Shown here in pieces: positions 22,155 to 31,100 of a stretch of 64,000 nucleotides of DNA. The notes under the pieces are model-generated. The model did not search any database. It had not been told where the DNA came from and saw nothing but the letters and a program-made list of their open reading frames with translations. The position numbers were made by a program, and so were the translations under genes. Positions within the stretch are counted from its first letter, which is position 1. Every line of letters begins with the position of its first letter. This stretch comes from an uncultured Chloroflexia bacterium. Its GTDB lineage: Bacteria; Chloroflexota; Limnocylindria; Limnocylindrales; CSP1-4. Location of the stretch: NCBI GenBank assembly GCA_963743795.1, contig CAVUQZ010000003.1, positions 80,065 through 144,064 on the forward strand. Reading direction: 5' to 3'.

Positions 22155-23450
22155 TCAGGCACCCGCCAGGGCTTCTCGCATGACGGCAAATGCCTGCTCG
22201 TGCTGGCCGGCGGCAGCGAGCGAGTCGGCCCATTCGCGCAGGGCTCTTCGAAGGAGGCTCGCGTTGCCGAGCTGCCGCGCGAGCTCGCCGGCGCGACGGT
22301 TCGACTCCAGAGCCGCCTCACGCTCACCGAGCCCCGCCTGGGCGTGGGCCAGAGTAAGCAGGGCGTCGACTGAGGCCTTGGCATTTCCGGCATGTTCGGC
22401 GAGAGCCAGGGCCTCCTGCGCAAGCGCCGCGGCACGATCCGCGGCGCCGCCAGCCAGCGCGATCCGTGCCTGGGTGTCGACGACGTGTGAAAGCAGCCAT
22501 TCGTCGCCCAGGGACTCGAGCCTGCCTCGGGAGGAGGCAGCGAGTTCGGAGGCCTTGCCGGTATTGCCAAGGGCGAGATACGAGAGGGCCAGGTCGTTCT
22601 CCAGGTTCGCCGAATCGCGGTCGGCCTCGACCTTCCGGAACAGCTCCAGGCTGGCGATGCCGGAACGCACGGCGCCCTCGAAGTCGCCGGTCTCGCGATA
22701 GCTGTAGGCGAGGTCGTGCAGATAGTTGGCCCGTCGGCGGTCGTCGAGAGAGCCGGCCAGGTCGCGAACTTCTTCGAGATATGCCAGGGCGGCCGCGTGG
22801 TTGTCCTCACGCGATTCGTTGCTCGACAACGCCATGACCAGGCGCAGCTCGAAATCCGGCTCGACCCGAACGCCCGACCGGACGCGCGCCAGGATGGACT
22901 GAAGGATTGCCTTTGACTCGGCGCAATTCTCTTGCTGGTACTGTGCCGCGGCCAACCAGTACTCGGCCAGAGCTGCCTCCGCCTCCCTGTTCGCGGCGTG
23001 GAGGATCCGGGCTGCCTCGGCGGCGAAGGCGGTAGCCTCGCGACCCCTGCCCTGGCGAACCATCGCCTCAGCCAGCCCGCTCATCAACTCCGCCCGGGAC
23101 TCGCGTGTGACGGCGGCCTCCAGGAGCCCGCGGTACGCGTCGATCGCATCGTTCCAGCGACCCGATGCCAGGGCCAGGTCCGCCTCGAGCCGGGCCCAGG
23201 CAGCGGGCTGGTCGTTGATAAGGCTGCTGGCGGGAATGCCGAGCCGGGTCGAGAGGTAGTTGAGCGCGGCCATGGACGGCCTGCTGAGGCCGTTCTCCAG
23301 GGCGCTGACGTAGGCCTTCGTATACCGGCCCTCGGCCAGCTGCTGCTGGGTGAGACCCGCGGCCAGGCGCGCCCGGCGAAGCCGTTCGCCGATCTGGCGG
23401 GCCAACGGTGAATCGTCTACTCGGGGACGGGTTCGACTTACTCGTGCCAT
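22155..23450 (-). CDS. XRE-family HTH transcriptional regulator with a roughly 350-aa TPR domain
   Basis: N-terminus 'IGERLRRARLAAGLTQQQLAEGRYTKAYVSALENGLSRPSMAALNYLSTRLGI'. The rest is repeated Ala/Leu-rich helical pairs (TPR-like). Confidence 0.8.
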   Translation of the reverse strand: MARVSRTRPRVDDSPLARQIGERLRRARLAAGLTQQQLAEGRYTKAYVSALENGLSRPSMAALNYLSTRLGIPASSLINDQPAAWARLEADLALASGRWNDAIDAYRGLLEAAVTRESRAELMSGLAEAMVRQGRGREATAFAAEAARILHAANREAEAALAEYWLAAAQYQQENCAESKAILQSILARVRSGVRVEPDFELRLVMALSSNESREDNHAAALAYLEEVRDLAGSLDDRRRANYLHDLAYSYRETGDFEGAVRSGIASLELFRKVEADRDSANLENDLALSYLALGNTGKASELAASSRGRLESLGDEWLLSHVVDTQARIALAGGAADRAAALAQEALALAEHAGNAKASVDALLTLAHAQAGLGEREAALESNRRAGELARQLGNASLLRRALREWADSLAAAGQHEQAFAVMREALAGA

Positions 23451-23524
23451 GGCGTGAAGTCTAGCGCCAAGCCGGCGCGTGTAACACGGCAGTGGTGCGC
23501 CCGCGCCCTCAGGTTTACAAATAC

Positions 23525-23553
23525 TTGACCAGGCTCCAGGCCGCTCATACGAT
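23525..23553 (+). promoter_or_regulatory. Candidate sigma-70-type promoter TTGACC-17 nt-TACGAT
   Basis: Read directly: -35 at 23525-23530 and -10 at 23548-23553. It points away from the regulator, toward the mini-ORF. Confidence 0.4.
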
Positions 23554-23617
23554 CTCCATGCCGATTGGCCGCACTGGCCCGGGCCTCGGGCGGGCGATTC
23601 CCGAAAGGAGTCGCTCG

Positions 23618-23741
23618 ATGTTCGCTCGCCTTATTAGCCTTCGCTACCCTCGTTGTCGCCTCGATTCTGAGTCTGGCCCTGGGTCTGGTCTCAGCGGCCT
23701 CGGCTCTGGCTGGTGGAGGTGGAACCTCCTTCCCTCACTGA
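23618..23741 (+). CDS. Mini-ORF encoding a signal-peptide-like or small hydrophobic peptide (needs a 1-nt frame correction near 23627-23636, or a TTG 23565 start)
   Basis: AAAGGAG lies 7 nt upstream of ATG 23618. The +1 frame from 23619 reads 'CSLALLAFATLVVASILSLALGLVSAASALAGGGGTSFPH*' (stop 23739-23741). The ATG frame itself gives an implausible Arg/Trp-rich peptide. Confidence 0.4.
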
Positions 23742-24112
23742 GTCGATCCCTGTTGCGCCGATGAGCGAAGCCGGCCCGCGGCCGGCCCGTTCACAGGTAG
23801 GTTACGAGCCCGTTCGCGTCCCGGGCCGGGGCGGCCGTCGACAGATCCACAGTTGTGCCCGTCCGAAGTCGACCCCCGCATGGGTAGCACGCGGGAATCG
23901 TCCCGCGTCGCAGTTTTCGGTGCCTGTCCGCACCGGCAGGTTCGCGGAGTCATTGCGTCGAGTAGGTCTGTCTGTCAGCCTCTACCTGTTGGCGGGTCCA
24001 GTCGATCGGAGGCCAAGTAGGCCATTCGGTCCACTCGTCCCAACCGTCCCTGACGGCGCCCAAGGGGGTTGTCCTTGGGCCGCAGACTCCTTGTCAGGGC
24101 CAGGAGCGAGAC

Positions 24113-24505
24113 ATGTTGTGGTCGCGGTCCGATCGTGATGCGCGGCGCCAGAAGGTGCTCGACGAACTCCTCGAGATGGATGCCGAGCATCGGCGTCGGA
24201 GACTCGATCTTGCGGTGGCATCCGGAGAAGTGCATTCGGACGAGATGACGGCGACGATGCAGCTCGTCACTCGTCTGGACGCTCTGCGGTTGATGAGCGT
24301 TCCCGCCGGGGGCAGGCTGCCAGGGGCGCGGAATTCCGTTCATCCGGCGCCGGTCGCTGTGGCCGTGGTCGAAGAGGAAGGCGCCTCGGGCCTCGCGGAG
24401 AACCTGGTAGCGCTCGAGATTGCTCTCCCGGCCGAGTCGGCCTCGGTGTCGAGCAGCGTCCTGACCGATGAGGGCGGGCCGAGCATCTCCTGGTTGAGAC
24501 CCTAG
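24113..24505 (+). CDS. Hypothetical acidic protein (130 aa)
   Basis: AGGAG lies 6 nt upstream of the ATG and the codons are GC3-rich. No recognisable family. Confidence 0.45.
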   Translation: MLWSRSDRDARRQKVLDELLEMDAEHRRRRLDLAVASGEVHSDEMTATMQLVTRLDALRLMSVPAGGRLPGARNSVHPAPVAVAVVEEEGASGLAENLVALEIALPAESASVSSSVLTDEGGPSISWLRP

Positions 24506-24578
24506 CCGACCTGCCGGCTGCGTCAGGGGGCGGTGCGAGGCCGTATTCGGTCGAGCCTCGTAGTCCGATCCTGGGGCT

Positions 24579-25082
24579 TCACGGCCTGCTCTCCGGGACC
24601 GAGGACGAATCGACCAGGCCCAATGCCTCCTCCAGCCGCTCGAGGAACGGAATCTGAGCCTCCTTGATGCGCTGACGGGCTTCTCCGGGGTTGAACCAGG
24701 CCACCCGGTCTATCTCCGGAAAGCTTTTGACGCGGCCGGTGAACGGCGGCCACGGTATCTCGATCATGTTGCTGGTCGCGTTGGCCGGATCGAGATCGCC
24801 CTCGACTGCCCAGGCATAGACGACTTTGCCGCCCTTCTGCCGCACCGAACCGAGGTCGAGCAAGGGGCCCGCTGGTACCGGATGGCCGGTCTCCTCCCCG
24901 AATTCGCGCCGGGCGGTCGCCTCGATCGCCCCGTCGTTGGGACCGCGCTCTCCTTTGGGAATCGACCAGTTGCCGAAGTCTTTGCGGCCGAAGAACGGGC
25001 CGCCGGGGTGGCCGAGCAGGACTTCGAGACGCCCGTCGCGAAGTCGATAGAGGAGGATGCCAGCGCTCGTTCGAGTCGTCAT
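24579..25082 (-). CDS. NUDIX hydrolase
   Basis: Nudix box 'GERGPNDGAIEATARREFGEETG' and N-terminus 'SAGILLYR...LEVLLGHPGGPF'. Confidence 0.85.
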   Translation of the reverse strand: MTTRTSAGILLYRLRDGRLEVLLGHPGGPFFGRKDFGNWSIPKGERGPNDGAIEATARREFGEETGHPVPAGPLLDLGSVRQKGGKVVYAWAVEGDLDPANATSNMIEIPWPPFTGRVKSFPEIDRVAWFNPGEARQRIKEAQIPFLERLEEALGLVDSSSVPESRP

Positions 25083-25337
25083 GGGGTCCTAGCGTAGGCG
25101 AGGCGCGAGGCCGATGGGGCTGGAGGTTCCCGGGGATCCTGTTCGAGGCCAGGCTGGACCCGGGTAGCCGGGGTGACGTTCGCCGAGGGAGTGGCCCAAT
25201 AGTACGTCTCGGCGTTCGGTAGCCGATTACTACGATGAGCGGGTCACAGGCCGGAGCTGGTGCAACGTGACAACCCGAACGGGCAGCCCGGCTGACCTCG
25301 CCGTCGCACGGAGAACGGCACGTCGGAGGGTTCCACA

Positions 25338-26450
25338 ATGGCCACCGGATTCGGCTTCTGCTCCAACTGCGGAGCCGCGCTAACTGAGGCAGGGCAGAGG
25401 TTCTGCGCCGCCTGCGGCTTCACCCTCCCGGTCGCCGCCGCCCCGGCCGCGGCGGCCAGCCCAGCTGCGGCAATGCCCCCGCACCCGCCGGCAGTCGTCC
25501 CCACGCCTCCTGCGGCCGCCCCGGCGCCCGTGGCGGCGCCGGTGCCCGCGCCGCCTCCCGCCTGGGCGATGCCGCCGGTGGCGCCGGTAGGTGCCGCGCC
25601 GACGAAGACCACTGTCAACCCCGCCTTTCTCGTCGGCGGCCTCGTCATCGCGGCCATCGTAGTGGCGGCCGCCTTCGCGATGAACAACTCCAAGGGCACG
25701 CCGAACCCCAGCCCCGGCAAGAGCGGGAGTCTCTTCGGCAGCGCCGTCCCGACGGGAACCATGGTCGCGGCGACCAGGACGCCGGCGGGCAACACCCTGG
25801 GCGCGGTGACATTCGAGCCGTCGAGCTTCAGCTGTGCGGACACGAAGGCCCAGATCACGATGTCCGTCTGGCTGCCGGCCTCGGTCCCCTCCACGGAGAA
25901 GGTCACGGCCAAGCTCGATGACACGGACCTCACCGCGAAATCAGTGGCGACGGACTTCGAGAAGCAGGGTGATGGCCGCTGGCTTACGACCGGAACCGAT
26001 TCGACTTCGACCCTGTGCGACATCGTCGGTGAAGGCAAGCACATTCTCAGGGTCCTCGACTCGCAGGGCGCCCTGCTGGCCCAGGGGTCGTTCACCGTCA
26101 CGGCATCGGCAACTCCGACGCCGCCGCCGGTCGCCGCCGGCACCATAACGATCGAGCCGTCGAGCTTGAGCTGCTCGACTGCGGGGCTCGAGGTCACGGT
26201 GTCCGCATGGTTGCCGGCATCGCTCTCCGCGTCGGATCAGGTCACGGGCCTGGTTGACGGCAGCAATGCCAACACGGAGGCAGTCGGCGACGGCTTCGAG
26301 AAGCAGGCGGACGGCCGCTGGCTGTCCAGCTCGACCGAGGAGGCGTCCGCGCTGTGCAGCCAGCTCGATGCCGGCAAGCACACCCTCAGCATCGTCCAAG
26401 ACTCGACGAAGACGGTGCTGGCCTCCGGCTCGTTCACGCTGCTGCCGTAG
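25338..26450 (+). CDS. Zinc-ribbon protein, Pro/Ala linker, one TM, two tandem roughly 98-aa extracytoplasmic repeats
   Basis: 'FCSNCGAALTEAGQRFCAACG', TM 'FLVGGLVIAAIVVAAAFA', and repeats at nt 25806-26099 and 26145-26441 ('FEPSSFSC..WLPAS..DFEKQGDGRWL..LC..GKH..GSFT'). Confidence 0.7.
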   Translation: MATGFGFCSNCGAALTEAGQRFCAACGFTLPVAAAPAAAASPAAAMPPHPPAVVPTPPAAAPAPVAAPVPAPPPAWAMPPVAPVGAAPTKTTVNPAFLVGGLVIAAIVVAAAFAMNNSKGTPNPSPGKSGSLFGSAVPTGTMVAATRTPAGNTLGAVTFEPSSFSCADTKAQITMSVWLPASVPSTEKVTAKLDDTDLTAKSVATDFEKQGDGRWLTTGTDSTSTLCDIVGEGKHILRVLDSQGALLAQGSFTVTASATPTPPPVAAGTITIEPSSLSCSTAGLEVTVSAWLPASLSASDQVTGLVDGSNANTEAVGDGFEKQADGRWLSSSTEEASALCSQLDAGKHTLSIVQDSTKTVLASGSFTLLP

Positions 26451-26459
26451 TCCGGGCGG

Positions 26460-27350
26460 TCAGTCCGCGGCGAGCTTGACGCGAGCCGCGGCGCAGTCCG
26501 CCGCGAAGCTCGCCTGGGCTTCGCGGGTGGGGTCCCAGCGCGTTGGGAACGCTACGAGCCTGCTAAGGCCGAGTTCCGCGCACTGGCCGATGAAGTCGAT
26601 TCGCGCCTGGCCGGGCTGCTTGACGTCCTCGTCGCGAGCGTAGAGGGATACCTTGAGTGAGGCTGGATCGCGTCCAATCTCCTCGCATCGCGATCTGACC
26701 GTGGGCAGATCGTCTGCGATCTGCTCGGGACTGCGGAAGACGAGATTCAATTCGTCGGCGTATCGGGCCGCCAGACGCCACGTGACGTCCCGGCCATTGC
26801 CGCCAACGATGATCGGCGGCCTCGGCTGCTGGATTCCCTTCGGTACGTTGACCGCATCCTGGACGCGGGCGTACCTGCCCTCATATGTGGCCCGGCCCGG
26901 ACCGAGCATGCGCGTGATCACCTCGAGGCCGTCGTGGAGCGATCGGAGGCGGTCGGCAAGCGGGGGGAAGCCGTAGCCGTAGGCGATCCATTCGTCTTCT
27001 TTCCAGCCGCCGCCGATGCCGAGCTCGAACCGGCCTCCGCTCGCGACGTCGAGGGTCGAGGCGAGCTTCGCGACGAGGGCGGGGTTTCGGAACCCGTTGC
27101 AGATGACCATGTGACCCAGCCGCACTCGCGAGGTTACGCCGGCGATCGCCGCAAGGGTGGTGAACGACTCGAACGTGATCTCGTCGGTCACATCGGGGAC
27201 CGTGTGGAAGTGGTCGAAGACCCATTCGGATTCGAAGCCCAGGGTCTCGGCGTCCCTCGCCAGCTCCAACGTCCGCGCCCAGGCAATGGCGGGGTCCCAA
27301 CCGTTGTACTCGTACTTCCAGCCCTGCGGGATCATGAGGCCTACCTGCAT
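26460..27350 (-). CDS. LLM-class (luciferase-like) F420-dependent oxidoreductase
   Basis: 'MQVGLMIPQGW', 'GFESEWVFDHFHTVP' and 'FELGIGGGWKEDEW'. An AGGAGG SD is present. Confidence 0.8.
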   Translation of the reverse strand: MQVGLMIPQGWKYEYNGWDPAIAWARTLELARDAETLGFESEWVFDHFHTVPDVTDEITFESFTTLAAIAGVTSRVRLGHMVICNGFRNPALVAKLASTLDVASGGRFELGIGGGWKEDEWIAYGYGFPPLADRLRSLHDGLEVITRMLGPGRATYEGRYARVQDAVNVPKGIQQPRPPIIVGGNGRDVTWRLAARYADELNLVFRSPEQIADDLPTVRSRCEEIGRDPASLKVSLYARDEDVKQPGQARIDFIGQCAELGLSRLVAFPTRWDPTREAQASFAADCAAARVKLAAD

Positions 27351-27426
27351 TCTCCGCCTCCTGTTCGTTTGTCTCTGTCAGAAGCTGTACGCGCCCAAGC
27401 CGGTCGAATGGAGCCGTCTGTCGTCT

Positions 27427-28392
27427 TCAGGAACCAGGCACGGACGCCCGCAGGAGAGTTACCGGTCCCTCGATCGCGCGAATCGCGTAAGGCCCCGCCA
27501 CGGCCGTCGCGACGACGGTCTCAAAGCGATTGAGGCGGGCGGTCTCGTTCTGGCAAGTCACCTCAGCGGAACCGTCGATCGCCGTCAGGACGTGGAATGA
27601 ACGGCCGTCCGTGTCTCCCGCCAGTGGCTGAGCGGCCGCGACCCTGGCCAGCTCCAGGTCGAAGTACGCGGAGGCCACAGCTGGGGCCGTGCCCGTTGTC
27701 TTTCCCGGAGCCGGGTGCGTTCGTTCGGCCGGCTCGAGGGGGCGCGCCACCGCTGCCGACTCCTCGATATGGAGCTTGCGGCCGGCCGACTGCGGTCTGC
27801 CCCAGTCGTAGGCGCGATACGTGGTGTCGCTGGCTTGCTGTATCTCGTAGAGGAACAGGCCGGGGCCGAGAGCGTGAAGCGTTCCGGCCGGGATCAAGAT
27901 CGCCTCGCCGGCCTGGACCGGAACCTCGGCCGCGACGTCGAGGACGGTGCCCTCCCGAATCGCGGCGGAAAGCTCCTCCTGACCGATCCCCGGCTTTACG
28001 CCGGCAATGATCCGGGCTTCGGGGCTGGTGTCGATGAAGTACCAGGCCTCGGTCTTGCCCACCTCGTCTGGTCCGACCATCGCCTTCGCCTGAGCGTCGT
28101 CAGGGTGGACCTGGACCGAAAGCCAATCGGCGCAGTCGAGCAGTTTGACGAGAAGCGGGAACCGGACGCCGAACCGCGCTGCCACGACCGTCCCGAGAAG
28201 ATCAGCGCCGACCTGTTGGGACAGCTCGTCGAGAGTGCGGCCCGCCAGCGGCCCTGTCGCAACCACGCTGGAGCCAAAGGCGATCCACGCCTCTCCCACG
28301 GGCGGATCGGCCGGGTGCAGCCTCTGACCGCCCCAGACGCGCTCGCGGTACTGGGGCTCCAGGACGAGCAGGTGCTGATCGAGCGACTCCAC
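27427..28392 (-). CDS. manA: Mannose-6-phosphate isomerase, class I
   Basis: 'YRERVWGGQRL', 'LSVQVHPDD', 'KTEAWYFI' and 'PAGTLHALGPG'. Confidence 0.8.
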   Translation of the reverse strand: MESLDQHLLVLEPQYRERVWGGQRLHPADPPVGEAWIAFGSSVVATGPLAGRTLDELSQQVGADLLGTVVAARFGVRFPLLVKLLDCADWLSVQVHPDDAQAKAMVGPDEVGKTEAWYFIDTSPEARIIAGVKPGIGQEELSAAIREGTVLDVAAEVPVQAGEAILIPAGTLHALGPGLFLYEIQQASDTTYRAYDWGRPQSAGRKLHIEESAAVARPLEPAERTHPAPGKTTGTAPAVASAYFDLELARVAAAQPLAGDTDGRSFHVLTAIDGSAEVTCQNETARLNRFETVVATAVAGPYAIRAIEGPVTLLRASVPGS

Positions 28393-28541
28393 TTGCCTTC
28401 TCCACCTACGCGGAGGAGAGGGTACACGCTGCCCCGGGAGAAGGCTGGCCGCCGGTTTCGCTTACGGCGCCGTGCGGCCCAGAACGCGTGGAGGCTCGCG
28501 GCCAGGCGGCAGGCCCCGGCCTGCCGGGGAGCCTGCAAACT

Positions 28542-29978
28542 CTAGGTGGCGGCGCGGGCCGGGGCCAGGTCACCGTCCCGGCGGCGCTCCACCACCGGGC
28601 GGAGCAGCAGGGCGCCCACGATGTAGCAGCCCACCCCCAGGAGGAGAGCCGCCCGCGGCCCCGCGCCGTAGCCGAGCCAGCGATTCACGGTGTCCATCAC
28701 CGCCGCGCCGCCCAGGGCCAGCCCGATCGTGCCGGCCGAGGCGGTGGCCACGTTCGAAAGGCCCATGTACCTTCCGGTCGATGACTTCGGGACGATGTCG
28801 CTCATGAGTGCCCAGTCGACGGCCAGGAAGGCGCCGGCGGAGAGGGCGAACATGGCGGCCCCAATTAGCGCCACGGGCAGAATCGGCGCCACCGCGCCAA
28901 GGCTCAGTCCTGTCGCACCGATGACGCAGGATCCGTAGATGATCTTCTTGCGGCCCATCCGGTCCGATAGTCTGGCGGCCGGGATTATGGCCAGGGTCAG
29001 GCAGGCGGCGACGATCCCGAGCAGAACGATCTTGGTGTCGCCCGTCTGCTTGGCGTCCAGCCCAAAGACCTGGGCGAGGTAGAAGGTGCTCAGGACGGGA
29101 TAGAGCGAGGCGCCGATCAGGATGAAGAGCCGCGAGCCGACGAGCCACAGGAAGCTCCGCTCGCGCGCCATGTCGGTGCCCCAGGCTTCCCGCGCGATCG
29201 AGAGCCACGACCGCCCGTGCCGCTCCTTGACGCGCTTGCCCTCGTCCACGCCGAATATGACGCCCAACATCGAGATGAACTCGATCACGCCGATGGCCAT
29301 CGTTCCATAGAAGAACGCGTCTGGGTTGTTGCCGCTCTCTCGCACAGCCAGGGCCGCCGCTCCATAGCCGAGCAGGTTGCCGAGAGCGGAAAACAGTCCC
29401 AGCAAGCCGGAAGCGAGCCCAACCTGGCGGGCCGGCACGAGATCCGGCACGTAGCCCTGGAACGGTCCCTGGGCGAAGTTGGAGCTGAATTGGAGGAGCG
29501 CCACGAAGGCCCCAATCGCCGCCACGCTGTTGGAACTGGCGATCCCGTACAGAAAGACGACATCCAGGGACGCACCGATGAAGATGTAGGGCTTACGCCT
29601 GCCCCAGCGCGTGATCGTGTAGTCGCTGATCGAGCCGACGGTCGGCTGGACAACGATGGCGATGACCGTCCCGACCAGGGCGATCTGAAGAGCCCCGATC
29701 CCCTCGGACCCCTTCTCGGCCAGACCGGCGAACTGCAGCCGGCCGTTGACTATGTCGAGAATGCCGCTCCAGACCGTCGAGATGCCAAGCCAGTACAGAG
29801 AAATCCGAACCAGCTGCGAGATCGGGAGCTTCGCCGTCGGGCGACCGTGCTCATCGTGTGTGGGCTGCTGGTCCGAGGGAGACGGTGGCGGCGCCAGCGA
29901 TCGGTTCAGCTCCTTTGACGGCATCGAGCACCGGCCTGCGCCTCCGGTCTTCCGCCCGATCCGCTGAGTCCTGGCCAC
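28542..29978 (-). CDS. MFS transporter
   Basis: About 12 TM helices and an 'RWGRRKPYIF' loop motif. The start is ambiguous (GTG 29978 or ATG 29924). Confidence 0.7.
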   Translation of the reverse strand: MARTQRIGRKTGGAGRCSMPSKELNRSLAPPPSPSDQQPTHDEHGRPTAKLPISQLVRISLYWLGISTVWSGILDIVNGRLQFAGLAEKGSEGIGALQIALVGTVIAIVVQPTVGSISDYTITRWGRRKPYIFIGASLDVVFLYGIASSNSVAAIGAFVALLQFSSNFAQGPFQGYVPDLVPARQVGLASGLLGLFSALGNLLGYGAAALAVRESGNNPDAFFYGTMAIGVIEFISMLGVIFGVDEGKRVKERHGRSWLSIAREAWGTDMARERSFLWLVGSRLFILIGASLYPVLSTFYLAQVFGLDAKQTGDTKIVLLGIVAACLTLAIIPAARLSDRMGRKKIIYGSCVIGATGLSLGAVAPILPVALIGAAMFALSAGAFLAVDWALMSDIVPKSSTGRYMGLSNVATASAGTIGLALGGAAVMDTVNRWLGYGAGPRAALLLGVGCYIVGALLLRPVVERRRDGDLAPARAAT

Positions 29979-30173
29979 CCGGCGCTCGGTTCGGGTTCGC
30001 GCCCGGTCGGATTGGCTCGTGTACGGAGTCAGTATCGCCCGTTCGGGCTATGTCTGCGAGCCGACACCAGCGGGGTGGGACTGCTGATAGGCTGAAATCG
30101 TGGCGGCTCCCGACCCTGGATCCTAACGGTCGACGGGCCCGACCAAGGCTGTCGAGGCACAGGAGGGCAGGTC

Positions 30174-30980
30174 GTGGCCGGCTCGAGCACGGAACCCGAC
30201 GCCGTGGCGGCTGGAGGCTACTACCTGTCGCTCGGCGACTCGCTGGCCACCGGTGTCCAGCCCATAGGTCTTGAGCAGCAGCAGTTCCGGACGAACGAAG
30301 GCTATGCGGACCAGTTGGCCTCCATCGGCCGGTCGCGTCTGCCGGGGCTCAAGGCCGTCAAGCTGGGTAATCCGGGAGAGTCGACGGCCACGATGATCGA
30401 GGGGGGTCTGACCCCGTATCCGAACGGCAGCCAGCTCCGTGAAGCCATCGCTTTCCTGGGGCGCCACCGCGGAGACCTTGCCTTCGTCACGCTCGACATT
30501 GGCTTCAACGACTTCCCGACTCACTCCGTGGATGCCATTCCGCTCGGGCTGGCCAGCATTAGGCAGAACCTGCCGGGCATCCTGGACTCGCTCCGGGAAG
30601 CCGCCGGTCCGAACGTACCCATCGTAGGGATGACCATCTACGACCCCTTCCTCGTTCGCTGGCTCGAAGGTGCGGAGGGCCGGGATGCGGCCCGAACCTC
30701 GGTCTGGGACGCGGTAGTGCCGGTCAATGCCCGCTTCAGGGAGATCTACCGGGCCGCGGGGCTTCGAGTCGCGGACGTCGAGGGCGCCTTTGCCACGACC
30801 GACTTCGAGACCGTCGTCGAGGTCGAGCCATTCGGCCTCGTGCCGATCAACGTGGCCCGGGCCTGCCAGTGGACCTGGGCCGGCACGCCACCTCCCCTCG
30901 GCCCGGACATGCACGCTAACGCTCAGGGCTACCGGGTCATCGCCGAGGCTTTCGCGCGGGTCCTTCTCCCCGACGTCTAG
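30174..30980 (+). CDS. SGNH/GDSL-family hydrolase
   Basis: Block I 'YYLSLGDSLATG', later 'TLDIGFND'. GTG start with AGGAGGG upstream. Confidence 0.75.
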   Translation: MAGSSTEPDAVAAGGYYLSLGDSLATGVQPIGLEQQQFRTNEGYADQLASIGRSRLPGLKAVKLGNPGESTATMIEGGLTPYPNGSQLREAIAFLGRHRGDLAFVTLDIGFNDFPTHSVDAIPLGLASIRQNLPGILDSLREAAGPNVPIVGMTIYDPFLVRWLEGAEGRDAARTSVWDAVVPVNARFREIYRAAGLRVADVEGAFATTDFETVVEVEPFGLVPINVARACQWTWAGTPPPLGPDMHANAQGYRVIAEAFARVLLPDV

Positions 30981-31029
30981 CGCGACCGCGGGTCGGCTCC
31001 GCGCGCCGCCGGCCACGCCCGCCGCAAAC

Positions 31030-31065
31030 GAGAAACCCGCCGGCTGAGCTGCCGGCGGGTTTCTC
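31030..31065. terminator. Bidirectional terminator hairpin between convergent genes
   Basis: A perfect 15-bp stem, GAGAAACCCGCCGGC / GCCGGCGGGTTTCTC, with a 6-nt loop. Confidence 0.55.
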
Positions 31066-31100
31066 AGTCTTGGGCGGGTGTCGCGGGCCGCCCGAAGGGG

